From NCBI GenBank assembly GCA_963792415.1, contig CAWBVY010000004.1:576001-640000 (forward strand): a DNA stretch of 64,000 nt. The letters run 5' to 3'. This document shows, piece after piece, positions 19,012 through 27,798 of the stretch. The DNA comes from Candidatus Deferrimicrobiaceae bacterium (GTDB taxonomy: Bacteria; Desulfobacterota; Deferrimicrobia; Deferrimicrobiales; Deferrimicrobiaceae). The notes beneath the pieces were generated by a model that saw only the letters and a list, made by a program, of their open reading frames with translations, had not been told where the DNA came from and did not search any database. Each line of letters opens with the position of its first letter. Positions within the stretch are counted from its first letter, which is position 1. A program made the translations under genes and the position numbers.

Positions 19012-20793
19012 TTACCCGGGGATCCGGATCGTGAAGCGGGTGCCGACGCCTATGCGGCTTTCCACCCGGATCGTCCCCCCGTGCGATTCGACGATGTGTT
19101 TCCCGATGGAGAGACCCAGGCCCGTCCCCCCCAGATCCCTCGACCGGCCCTTGTCGACGCGGTAGAACCGCTCGAAGATCCGGGAAAGGTGGTCCTGGGA
19201 GATCCCCGGTCCGTCGTCCGCCACCTCGAGGAGGCATGCGTCCCCCTCCATCCGGCCGGAGAGGGTGACGCGTCCCCCCGCCTTCCCGTACTTCAGGGCG
19301 TTGTCCACCAGGTTCGAGACGGCGAGGGCCAGCTTCCGGACGTCGGCGCGCAAGGTTCCCTCGCTCGCCGTCACGTCGATAACCTTTCCCATCCGGCCCG
19401 CCGCGGGACGATGCGGGTCGGCCACCCGAAAGAGGAAGACGGAGAGGGGGATCTCCTCCTTACCCAGCGGCACGGAGCCGGACTCGGCGCGGGAAAGCTC
19501 GAGGAGATCGTCGAGCAATCGTTCCATCCGGAGGGCGTTCCCGAGCGCCACGTCGACGAAGGACGGTTCCGGCGCGGCCCCTTCCCGGATCGAATCCTGG
19601 ATCGCCTCGAGGTACCCCCGGATGTTCGTCAGCGGCGTGCGCAGTTCGTGGGAGGCGTTCGACACGAAGTCGCTCTTGATCTGCGCCAGCCGCCGCTCCT
19701 CGGTGACGTCCCGAAGGGTGAGGAGGACGTCCACGTCCGATTCCCCGAGGTACCGGACCGTCGTCCCGGAACATCGGATCGTCCGGCTTCCCCGGCGCGT
19801 CATGATGGAAACGTCCCGCGATTTCGGCTGCTCGCCCTTCATCCATCCGTCGATGAAGGCGAGGGCCTGGGGATGACGGATCACTTCCGGGTACGGGCGT
19901 CCCGCGCCCATCGTCTCCGAGGCGTCGAAGATCTTCCCGGCTTCACGGTTCATCATCCGCACCGACCGGTCCGCCGCGATGACGATGACCCCGTCGTCGA
20001 GGTTGGCGAGCAGCGTCTCCAGGCGGGCTTTCCCCGCGTCCAGCTGTCCGATCGTGGCGGCAAGGTGCGACGCCATCCGGTTCATCGCGTTCGCCATGGC
20101 TTCTAGCTCATCGCCCGTCCGGATCTGGGCGCGCCGCGCGAGGTTGCCGGCCCCCATCTCCTTCGCCGCCGCCCGCATCTCCGCCAGGGGGCCGGTGACC
20201 TTCCGCGCCATGAAGGCGGCTCCCCCGAGGATGAGGAGGAGCGCGGCGAATCCCGTTCCCCAGATGATCGCGGTGATCTGCCAGAGGCGGCGGGTGAGGA
20301 CCGCGACGGGGACCGAGGCGCGGGCCGCTCCGACGATCGCGCCCTCGATCGAGATCGGGATGGCCGCGTACCGCTGTTCCTCGCGGACGGTGATGCTTCG
20401 CCGGAGGGATACCCCCGTCGTCCCCGACAGTGCGTCGCGGATCTCGGGGTGGTGCGCGTGGTTCTCCATGCCCGAAACGCCGGCCGCCCCCACGGCGGAA
20501 TCGGCGACCACGGTTCCGTCGGGCAGGACGACGGTGATGCGCGCTCCGATCTCCTTCCCGAGGCGGTCCCCTTCCCGGGAGATTCGCTCCCTGTCCTGGA
20601 CGGGGTCCGCGAGCAACGGCCGGAACGTTTCGGCGACGATGTGGGCCCGGGCGAGCAGGTTCTCGTCCGCGTCCGCCATCACGAGACTTCGCACGAGGAA
20701 GAAGCCGACGGCGCCGGCGATCAAAAGCGCGATCCCGGCGATCACGAGGTGCGTGAGGAAGAATTTCGCGGCGATGGAGAGGCGGCGGGCCAA
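19012..20793 (-). CDS. phoR: PhoR-like sensor histidine kinase (HAMP-PAS-HisKA-HATPase)
   Basis: Two TM segments, FVSNASHELRTPLT, NLVDNALKY, FYRVDKGRSR, GTGLGL. Confidence 0.9.
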   Translation of the reverse strand: MARRLSIAAKFFLTHLVIAGIALLIAGAVGFFLVRSLVMADADENLLARAHIVAETFRPLLADPVQDRERISREGDRLGKEIGARITVVLPDGTVVADSAVGAAGVSGMENHAHHPEIRDALSGTTGVSLRRSITVREEQRYAAIPISIEGAIVGAARASVPVAVLTRRLWQITAIIWGTGFAALLLILGGAAFMARKVTGPLAEMRAAAKEMGAGNLARRAQIRTGDELEAMANAMNRMASHLAATIGQLDAGKARLETLLANLDDGVIVIAADRSVRMMNREAGKIFDASETMGAGRPYPEVIRHPQALAFIDGWMKGEQPKSRDVSIMTRRGSRTIRCSGTTVRYLGESDVDVLLTLRDVTEERRLAQIKSDFVSNASHELRTPLTNIRGYLEAIQDSIREGAAPEPSFVDVALGNALRMERLLDDLLELSRAESGSVPLGKEEIPLSVFLFRVADPHRPAAGRMGKVIDVTASEGTLRADVRKLALAVSNLVDNALKYGKAGGRVTLSGRMEGDACLLEVADDGPGISQDHLSRIFERFYRVDKGRSRDLGGTGLGLSIGKHIVESHGGTIRVESRIGVGTRFTIRIPG

Positions 20794-20799
20794 GCGGCG

Positions 20800-21522
20800 T
20801 CAGCTTTCCCGAAGTTTGTAGCCGACGTCCTTGACCGTCTCGATCGCCTTGGCCAGGAAGGGGATCTTCTGGCGAAGCTTCGCGATGTGGACGTCGACCG
20901 TGCGGTCGATCACGTGCGTGTCCTCCCCCCAGACCTTCGTAAGGATCGCCTCGCGGGAGAGGACCCGCCCCGAAGAGGAGAGGAGCGTCTGAAGGATGCG
21001 AAATTCCTTGGAGGTGAGGGAGACCGGCTTCCCCTGGCACCGGACCTCGTGGCGGGCCACGTCCATCCGCAGCTCCCGGTAGGCCAACGTTGCCGGCTCG
21101 GGTTCCTGGGACCCGGGGCGACTCCGGCGCAGGATCGCCTTGATCCGGGCCACGACCTCCCTCGGGCTGAACGGCTTCGGTATGTAGTCGTCCGCGCCCA
21201 GCTCCAGCCCGACGATCCGGTCCGTCTCGTCCCCCTTCGCGGTGAGCATCACCACCGGCGTCCTGCCGATCGCATCGTCCGACCGGATCGCCCGCAGCAC
21301 TTCCAGCCCGTCGGCCTTCGGGAGAAGGATGTCGAGGAGAACCAGGTCGGGCTTCTCCTTCCTCGCCTTGAGAATCGCCGTTTCTCCGTCCGGCGCGAGA
21401 AGCGCGGAGAACCCCTCCTTGCGCAGGTAGTGGGCGAGCAGGTCCCGGATCTCTTTTTCGTCTTCGACGACGAGGATCGAGCGCGGCAAGGCGGTCTCCG
21501 GGGTTTCCGATGCGAGACCCAT
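20800..21522 (-). CDS. phoB: PhoB/PhoP-like OmpR family response regulator
   Basis: LVVEDE, LLDILLP, GADDYIPKPF, RTVDVHIAKLRQK; next to phoR and pst. True start may be slightly downstream. Confidence 0.87.
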   Translation of the reverse strand: MGLASETPETALPRSILVVEDEKEIRDLLAHYLRKEGFSALLAPDGETAILKARKEKPDLVLLDILLPKADGLEVLRAIRSDDAIGRTPVVMLTAKGDETDRIVGLELGADDYIPKPFSPREVVARIKAILRRSRPGSQEPEPATLAYRELRMDVARHEVRCQGKPVSLTSKEFRILQTLLSSSGRVLSREAILTKVWGEDTHVIDRTVDVHIAKLRQKIPFLAKAIETVKDVGYKLRES

Positions 21523-22871
21523 TATAGGGGGTTTCGGGGGGCCGGTACACCTTCACAGAAGAGGCGAATCCGGTTTTCCAACTCACGGTAGGTGGAACGA
21601 AAGGCATTCCTCCTCGCGAGTTCATCCCCTTCCGCCGCCGCCGGATCGGGCACTCCCCAGTGGGCCGTCACCGGGGATCCGGGCCAGACCGGGCACACCT
21701 CTCCCGCCGCGTCGTCGCAGACGGTGAAGACGAAATCGAGTTCGGGGGACCCGGGGCGGGCGAACTCCTCCCAGCTCTTGCTGCGGCAACCTTCCGTCGG
21801 GTACCCGAGCGATTGGAGGAGCTCCAGGGCAAGAGGGTGCACGGCCCCCTTCGGGTGACTTCCGGCGCTGTATCCCCGGAACCGTCCTTCGCCGAGTCGT
21901 GTGATCAGGGCTTCGGCGAGGATGCTGCGCGCGGAATTCCCCGTGCAGAGGAACAGAACGTTGCAGACCTTCGGATTCTTCGTGAGCGGAACGTCCGGAG
22001 AGGGGAACTCCTTCGGGACCACGACCTGAAGGAGGGCGTCCGTCACCGTGAACCGGACCGGGAGCGGCCCCAGGTACTCCCCGTCGACCTGGCAGGCGGA
22101 CGGGATCGGGCAGCGGACGAAGAGGGAAGGGCTCTCCCGGACCAGGACGTGGCGGGAGGCGACGTGCTTCCCCCGCAGGGCGTCGAGGGCGAACTTCGCG
22201 ATCGACCAGCGCCCTTTCCGGAGGAGGGCGATCACCTGGAACGTCTCCCCGGCGATGTCCCCACCGGGTGCGATCGTCACGTTCCCGCCGTATTTTTTCC
22301 CCCGCGCGACGATGACGGCCTGCGCCTCGATCCGCTGGCGGTCCGGGAATTCGAGCCAGAGGGTCGGCTGGGAGCGGAGGAGGTGCCGCGCGCCGCACAG
22401 GACGTAGGCGGCGATGCCGAGGAGGTTCTTCTGGCGGGAGTTCATCCGCTCCACCACCTCGGCGTCGAACCCCGCGGAGGCGAGCAGGACGAAGCGCCGG
22501 TCGTTCGCCTTCGCCATCCGGACGGAGATCGTCTTCCCGGAGGAGAGAAGGTCCAGGCACCCTTCCACCGATTCGGGGAGGGAGAACTCGCGGGCGAAGA
22601 CGTTCCCGGTACCGTGGGGGACGAAGGCCAGGCGGGTGGCGCTGCCCGCCAGCCCGTCCGCGACCTCGTTCATCGTGCCGTCCCCGCCGACGGCGACGAC
22701 GGCGTCGGCCCCTGCCAACGCCGCTTCGCGCGCCATCACGATGGCGTCCCCGGGGGCGGACGTCTCCCGGATCCGGAACGGGAGGCCGCGCGCCGAGAGG
22801 TACGCGCGGACCCGGCCGATCCGCTTCACGACCTTGGGGCCGGCGACGGGGTTATGGATCACGTCGATCAT
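21522..22871 (-). CDS. Fusion of diacylglycerol-kinase-family lipid kinase and LMW-PTP-type arsenate reductase (ArsC)
   Basis: N-terminal NPVAG, VGGDGT, PHGTGNVFA, QVDGE; C-terminal VLFLCTGNSARS, FTVCD, CPVWPG, HWGVPDP; one uninterrupted frame. Confidence 0.85.
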   Translation of the reverse strand: MIDVIHNPVAGPKVVKRIGRVRAYLSARGLPFRIRETSAPGDAIVMAREAALAGADAVVAVGGDGTMNEVADGLAGSATRLAFVPHGTGNVFAREFSLPESVEGCLDLLSSGKTISVRMAKANDRRFVLLASAGFDAEVVERMNSRQKNLLGIAAYVLCGARHLLRSQPTLWLEFPDRQRIEAQAVIVARGKKYGGNVTIAPGGDIAGETFQVIALLRKGRWSIAKFALDALRGKHVASRHVLVRESPSLFVRCPIPSACQVDGEYLGPLPVRFTVTDALLQVVVPKEFPSPDVPLTKNPKVCNVLFLCTGNSARSILAEALITRLGEGRFRGYSAGSHPKGAVHPLALELLQSLGYPTEGCRSKSWEEFARPGSPELDFVFTVCDDAAGEVCPVWPGSPVTAHWGVPDPAAAEGDELARRNAFRSTYRELENRIRLFCEGVPAPRNPL

Positions 22872-22899
22872 TCGAAGCGATTATAGGATACTTTACGGT

Positions 22900-23757
22900 A
22901 TGCGTCCCTTTTTCCCAGGCAGGGAGCGGGGGCGGCCGGTCTTCGTCGCCCACCGCGGCGCGTCCGACCGCGCGCTCGAGAACTCCCCGGCCGCGTTCGC
23001 CCTGGCGGTCGCGGCTGGCGCCGACATGATCGAGTTCGACGTGCGGCTGTCGTCCGACGGCGTCCCGGTCGTTTTCCACGACGACCGCACGGGGAGGACG
23101 GCGAGGGAGAACCTGGCCGTCGCGCGCACGCCGGCGGCGCGTCTCCGGTCGGTCCGGCTGAAGAACGGGGAGAAGCTCCCGTTTCTCGCCGACGTGCTCG
23201 AGATCGTCGGGGGGAAGGTCCCGGTCAACATCGAGTCGAAAGCGCCCGGCGGGATCGCCGCCGCCGCGAAGGCGCTGTGGAGGGCGGGCTGCGGCGGGGA
23301 ACTTCTCCTGTCGTCGGGGCTGCGCGACGAGTGCCTCGCCGCGCGGGACCTGCTTCCCGGGATCCCCTGCGGACTGGTCACCCGCCGCCCGTCGGCGTCC
23401 GACCTCGCCTTCTGCCACCGCCACGGGATCTCCTCGATCCACCCCGCCCGCCGGCTTCTCACCGTGCTGCGGCTTCGGAAGCTGGCGGCATCGGGGATCC
23501 CGTTCCTGCCGTACACGGTCGACGACCCGGCGGAGGCGTTCGCGCTGATCGCCGCCGGCGCCGCCGGCGTCTTCTCCGACCGCGCCCTGACCCTCCGCGA
23601 GGAGTGGACGGCAGGCGCTCAGCGATCCGCCTACCGCCCCAGCTCGGCGCCGAGGATGTACTCCTTCGCGCTGTTGACGGCGGTGGCCGCCTCGCCGGAC
23701 CCCGCGGTGATGAGGAGGATCTTGCCGGGGTACGTGACGATGTCCCCCGCCGCGTAG
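22900..23757 (+). CDS. Glycerophosphodiester phosphodiesterase (GlpQ/UgpQ family)
   Basis: AHRGAS, ENS, IEFDV, VVFHD, NIESK, YTVDD, GVFSD; 3' end overlaps the convergent gene. Confidence 0.88.
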   Translation: MRPFFPGRERGRPVFVAHRGASDRALENSPAAFALAVAAGADMIEFDVRLSSDGVPVVFHDDRTGRTARENLAVARTPAARLRSVRLKNGEKLPFLADVLEIVGGKVPVNIESKAPGGIAAAAKALWRAGCGGELLLSSGLRDECLAARDLLPGIPCGLVTRRPSASDLAFCHRHGISSIHPARRLLTVLRLRKLAASGIPFLPYTVDDPAEAFALIAAGAAGVFSDRALTLREEWTAGAQRSAYRPSSAPRMYSFALLTAVAASPDPAVMRRILPGYVTMSPAA

Positions 23758-24599
23758 ACGCCGGGGAGGTTGGTGGACATGTCGGGTGCGACGGCGATCC
23801 CGCTGCCGACGATGTTCAGCCCCCAGTCCCGGAACGGCTCGATGTTCGTGAGCATCCCGATCGACAGGACGATCGCGTCCACCGCGATCGTCTCCTCGAG
23901 CCCGCTCCGCTCGTTCCAGATCACCGCCCCGGTCACCTTCTCCTCGCCCATCACCTCCTTCAGCGTGAAGTACGGGTACTTCACGCGCACGTTGGAGGAG
24001 AGGAGGCGGTGGACCATCGCCTCGTGGGCGTGCCACTTGTACATCCGGTGGCAAAGGGTGACCTCGGAGGCGATCCCGTCGAGGGAGAGCGCCCAGTCCA
24101 CCGCGCTGTTCCCCCCGCCGACGATCAGGACCTTTTTCCCCCGGAGCGGTTCGAACGAGGGGAGAAAGTAGAAGATCCCGTGCCCCTCGAAATCGATCAG
24201 GTTCGGGATGTCCAGCTTCCTGGGGACGAACGCGCCGCAGCCGGCGGCGAGGATCACGGTCTGGGTGTAGTGGATCCCCGCCGGCGTCGTCAGCTCGATG
24301 ACGCGCTCGCCGAGGATCCGCAGCCCGGTGACCCGCTGGTTGAGGACGACGGTCGGTTCGTACTGCATCGCCTGGGCGGTCAGCTCGCGGATGAGTTCCG
24401 CGGCGACGATATTGCGGTGGCCCGCGACGTCGAAGATCTCCTTTTCCGGGTACATGGAGATCAGCCGCCCGCCGACCTGTGGGTACGTCTCGATCAGCTT
24501 GGTGCGGCACTCCCGCAGCCCCGCGTAATACGCCGCGTAGAGCCCCACGGGCCCGGCGCCGACGACCGTTATGTCGAACATCTCGTCCGCCTTGACCAT
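23631..24599 (-). CDS. Thioredoxin-reductase-like ferredoxin--NADP(+) reductase
   Basis: GAGPVG, YPEKEIFDVAG, GGGNSAVDWA, VYAAGD, YPGK; no CxxC, as in YumC-type FNR. Confidence 0.85.
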   Translation of the reverse strand: MVKADEMFDITVVGAGPVGLYAAYYAGLRECRTKLIETYPQVGGRLISMYPEKEIFDVAGHRNIVAAELIRELTAQAMQYEPTVVLNQRVTGLRILGERVIELTTPAGIHYTQTVILAAGCGAFVPRKLDIPNLIDFEGHGIFYFLPSFEPLRGKKVLIVGGGNSAVDWALSLDGIASEVTLCHRMYKWHAHEAMVHRLLSSNVRVKYPYFTLKEVMGEEKVTGAVIWNERSGLEETIAVDAIVLSIGMLTNIEPFRDWGLNIVGSGIAVAPDMSTNLPGVYAAGDIVTYPGKILLITAGSGEAATAVNSAKEYILGAELGR

Positions 24600-24715
24600 T
24601 TTCGCACTATAGCAGAATCCCCCGGGCCGCCCACCCTCCGAATGGGGTGTGTTTCCGCCCCATGTCTGGTATATATTGTCTGTTTGCCATCCTGGTTTTC
24701 CCCGGAGCGAATCCG

Positions 24716-25741
24716 ATGGAGTTGCAGCAGTTGAAGCACCTGCCGCGCGCTTGGAAACGCGGGACCGACTTCCTCGGGACCCGGTACGCGATCATGTGCG
24801 GGGCGATGACCTGGGTCTCCGAGGCCAATCTCGTCTCGGCCATCTCGAACGAGGGCGGGTTCGGCGTGCTCGCGGGCGGGAACATGCCGCCGGAGATCCT
24901 GGCGAAGGAGATCGCGAAGACCCGCGGGATGACGAAAAACCCCTTCGGCGTGAACCTCATCACGGTGGCGCCGGCGTTCCGGCAGCACATCGAGGTAGTG
25001 ATCCGGGAAAAGTGCCCGTTCGTCTTCTTCGCGGGGAGCATCCCGGCGGGCCGGGACATCGCTGCAGTGAAGGACGCCGGACTGAAGGTGATCTGCTTCG
25101 CCCCCGTTCTGTCGCTGGCCAAGCGGATGATCAAGCAGGGGATCGACGCCCTCGTGATCGAGGGGAACGAGGCCGGGGGGCACATCGGCCCCGTGTCCAC
25201 CTCCGTCCTGGCGCAGGAGTTCCTCCTGAGCGTCACGGAGGTCCCCGTGTTCGTCGCGGGCGGGATCGGGACCGGGGAGATCATCGCCCACTACCTTTCG
25301 CTGGGGGCCGCCGGAGTCCAGCTCGGGACGCGGTTCGTCGCCGCCGAGGAGTGCGTCGCGCACCCCCGGTTCAAGGAGGCGTTCGTGCGGGCCTCGGCCC
25401 GCGACGCAATGCCCACCACGCAGTTCGACCCGTCGCTGCCAACGATCCCCGTGCGGGCGATCATCAACGAGGGGACGAAGGACTTCAACCGGCTCCAGCT
25501 CGACCTGCTGACCAAGGTGAAGGCGGGCGAGCTTCCGCGCGAGGAGGCCCAGGTCAAGCTCGAGGAGTTCTGGGTCGGGGCGCTGCGGAGCGCCGTGATC
25601 GACGGGGACGTCGAGCACGGGTCGCTCATGGCGGGCCAGAGCGTGGCGTTCGTGAAGAAGATCCAGCCGGTGCGGGAGATCCTCGACGACCTGGTGACGG
25701 GCGCCGAGGCGGCGCTCGCGCGCATGGCGGGGGAGGGGTGA
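24716..25741 (+). CDS. Nitronate monooxygenase / FabK-like FMN enoyl-ACP reductase
   Basis: GAMTWVS, EGNEAGGHIG, VAGGIG, GVQLGTRF, GSLMAGQSV. Confidence 0.85.
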   Translation: MELQQLKHLPRAWKRGTDFLGTRYAIMCGAMTWVSEANLVSAISNEGGFGVLAGGNMPPEILAKEIAKTRGMTKNPFGVNLITVAPAFRQHIEVVIREKCPFVFFAGSIPAGRDIAAVKDAGLKVICFAPVLSLAKRMIKQGIDALVIEGNEAGGHIGPVSTSVLAQEFLLSVTEVPVFVAGGIGTGEIIAHYLSLGAAGVQLGTRFVAAEECVAHPRFKEAFVRASARDAMPTTQFDPSLPTIPVRAIINEGTKDFNRLQLDLLTKVKAGELPREEAQVKLEEFWVGALRSAVIDGDVEHGSLMAGQSVAFVKKIQPVREILDDLVTGAEAALARMAGEG

Positions 25742-26364
25742 TGTTCCGGATCATTCCGCGGGACCAGGAGTTCTTCGTTCTCTTCCAGAAGGCGTCGGAG
25801 AACATCATCGAGGGGGCGGAGCGGCTCAAGGCTCTCCTCGAGGATTTCAACGACGTGCGGGGGCGGGTACAGGCGATCGAGGAGGTGGAGCACAAGGGCG
25901 ATTCCCTCACCCACGAGATCATCAAGAGGCTGAACACCTCCTTCGTCACCCCGATCGACCGGGAGGACATCCTCGCGCTGGCGTCGTCCCTCGACGACGT
26001 GATCGACCTGATCTACGGGGCGGCCACCCGCCTCATGCTCTACAAGGTGACCGAGACCACCGCGTACGCGAAGGAGCTCGGGTTCCTCATCCTCAAGTCC
26101 GCCCAGGAGCTGCACAAGGGCGTCCTCCACCTTCCGTTGTCCAAGGGGCGGGACCGCGTCTACGAGCATTGCGTCGAGGTGAACTCCCTCGAGAACGAGG
26201 CGGACCGGGTCTGCCGGGACGCGATCGCGCACCTCTTCGAGCACGAGAAGGATCCCGTCGCGATCCTCAAGTGGAAAGAGATCTACGAGACGCTCGAGAC
26301 GGCGACCGACAGGTGCGAGGACGTCGCGAACGTCCTCGAGGGCGTGGCGCTCAAGAATGCCTGA
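25741..26364 (+). CDS. DUF47 / Pit accessory phosphate transport regulator
   Basis: MFRIIPRDQEFF, EHKGD, FVTPIDREDI, ENEAD, KWKEIYE. Confidence 0.92.
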   Translation: MFRIIPRDQEFFVLFQKASENIIEGAERLKALLEDFNDVRGRVQAIEEVEHKGDSLTHEIIKRLNTSFVTPIDREDILALASSLDDVIDLIYGAATRLMLYKVTETTAYAKELGFLILKSAQELHKGVLHLPLSKGRDRVYEHCVEVNSLENEADRVCRDAIAHLFEHEKDPVAILKWKEIYETLETATDRCEDVANVLEGVALKNA

Positions 26365-27361
26365 CGCGCCGCTGGTCCTGCTCGGGCTCGTGATCGTCGC
26401 GGCCCTCGCGTTCGACTTCATCAACGGCTTCCACGACACGGCGAACGCCATCGCGACGTGCATCTCCACGCGGGCGCTGTCGATCCGGAACGCCATCCTG
26501 ATGGCGGCGGGGCTCAACTTCCTGGGCGCCTTCATCTCCACCCACGTGGCGACGACGATCGGCAAGGGAATCGTCGACCCCTCGGACGTCACCCAGATCG
26601 TGGTCCTGTCGGCCCTGGCCGGGGCGATCTTCTGGGACCTGCTCACCTGGCATTACGGCATCCCGGCCTCGTCGTCCCACGCGATCATCGGGGGGCTGAT
26701 CGGGGCGGTGGTCGCCTCTCGGGGCTTCCACCCGCTCCAGTGGAGCGGGATCTCGAAGATCCTGGTCGCCATCGTCGTCTCCCCCGTCGTGGGGACGCTC
26801 TTCGCGTTCCTCATGATGGTCGTCATCTACTGGGTCTTCCGGAGACATCACCCCTCTCCGCTCAACCGCGCCTTCCGGAAGCTGCAGATCTTCTCGGCCG
26901 CCTTCATGGCCTTCTCCCACGGGTCGAACGACGCCCAGAAATCGATGGGGGTGATCACGCTCGCCCTCTTCTCCTACGGGGCGATGCCGGTCTTCCACAT
27001 CCCGCTGTGGGTGATCGTTTCCTGCGCCACGGCGATGGCGCTCGGGACCGCGATGGGGGGGTGGCGCATCATCAAGACGGTGGGAAGCGACTTCGTGGAG
27101 CTGCAGCCGGTCCACGGCTTCTGCGCGGAGACGTCGTCGTCGGCCGTCATCCTCACCGCGACCGCGATGGGAATCCCGATCAGCACCACCCACGTCATCA
27201 CCTCGGCGATCCTCGGGGTGGGGCTTTCCCAGGGGCGGAAGAAGGTGAACTGGAAGGTGGGGATCCGGATCGTCTGGGCCTGGATCCTGACGATCCCGGC
27301 CTCCGCCGCCGCGGGGTATTTCGCCTTCCGTATCCTCTCCCCCTTCCTCGTCAAACTGTAA
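26357..27361 (+). CDS. pit: Inorganic phosphate transporter (PiT family)
   Basis: NGFHDTANAIAT, PASSSHA, HGSNDAQK, PISTTH. Confidence 0.94.
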   Translation: MPDAPLVLLGLVIVAALAFDFINGFHDTANAIATCISTRALSIRNAILMAAGLNFLGAFISTHVATTIGKGIVDPSDVTQIVVLSALAGAIFWDLLTWHYGIPASSSHAIIGGLIGAVVASRGFHPLQWSGISKILVAIVVSPVVGTLFAFLMMVVIYWVFRRHHPSPLNRAFRKLQIFSAAFMAFSHGSNDAQKSMGVITLALFSYGAMPVFHIPLWVIVSCATAMALGTAMGGWRIIKTVGSDFVELQPVHGFCAETSSSAVILTATAMGIPISTTHVITSAILGVGLSQGRKKVNWKVGIRIVWAWILTIPASAAAGYFAFRILSPFLVKL

Positions 27362-27384
27362 ACCGCACGAACGGGAGGTCCCTC

Positions 27385-27798
27385 ATGATCCGCAGGATCC
27401 AGCACATCGGCATTGCCGTCCGCAGCCTCGGGGAGGCGATCCCCTTCTACCGGGACGTCCTCGGGCTGGAGCTGGTCGGGACCGAGGAGGTGGCGGACCA
27501 GAGGATCCGCGCCGCCGTCTTCCGCGTGGGGGAAAGCACGATCGAGGTGATCGAGTCGACCGCCCCCGACGGCCCGGTCGGGAAGTTCCTCGAGAAGAAC
27601 GGCGAGGGGATCCACCACCTCTGCTTCGAGGTGGAGGACGCCGCCGCCGCCCTCTCCCACGCGAAGGGGAAGGGGGTCCGGCTCATCGACGAGATCCCCC
27701 GGCCGGGGGTCCACGGGATGCGGATCGGCTTCCTCCACCCGAAGTCGACCTTCGGCGTGCTGACGGAGTTCGCGCAGACAAGGGACGAGGGACATTGA
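27385..27798 (+). CDS. mce: Methylmalonyl-CoA epimerase
   Basis: QHIGIAV, GEGIHHLCFEV, IGFLHPKSTFGVLTE. Confidence 0.88.
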   Translation: MIRRIQHIGIAVRSLGEAIPFYRDVLGLELVGTEEVADQRIRAAVFRVGESTIEVIESTAPDGPVGKFLEKNGEGIHHLCFEVEDAAAALSHAKGKGVRLIDEIPRPGVHGMRIGFLHPKSTFGVLTEFAQTRDEGH

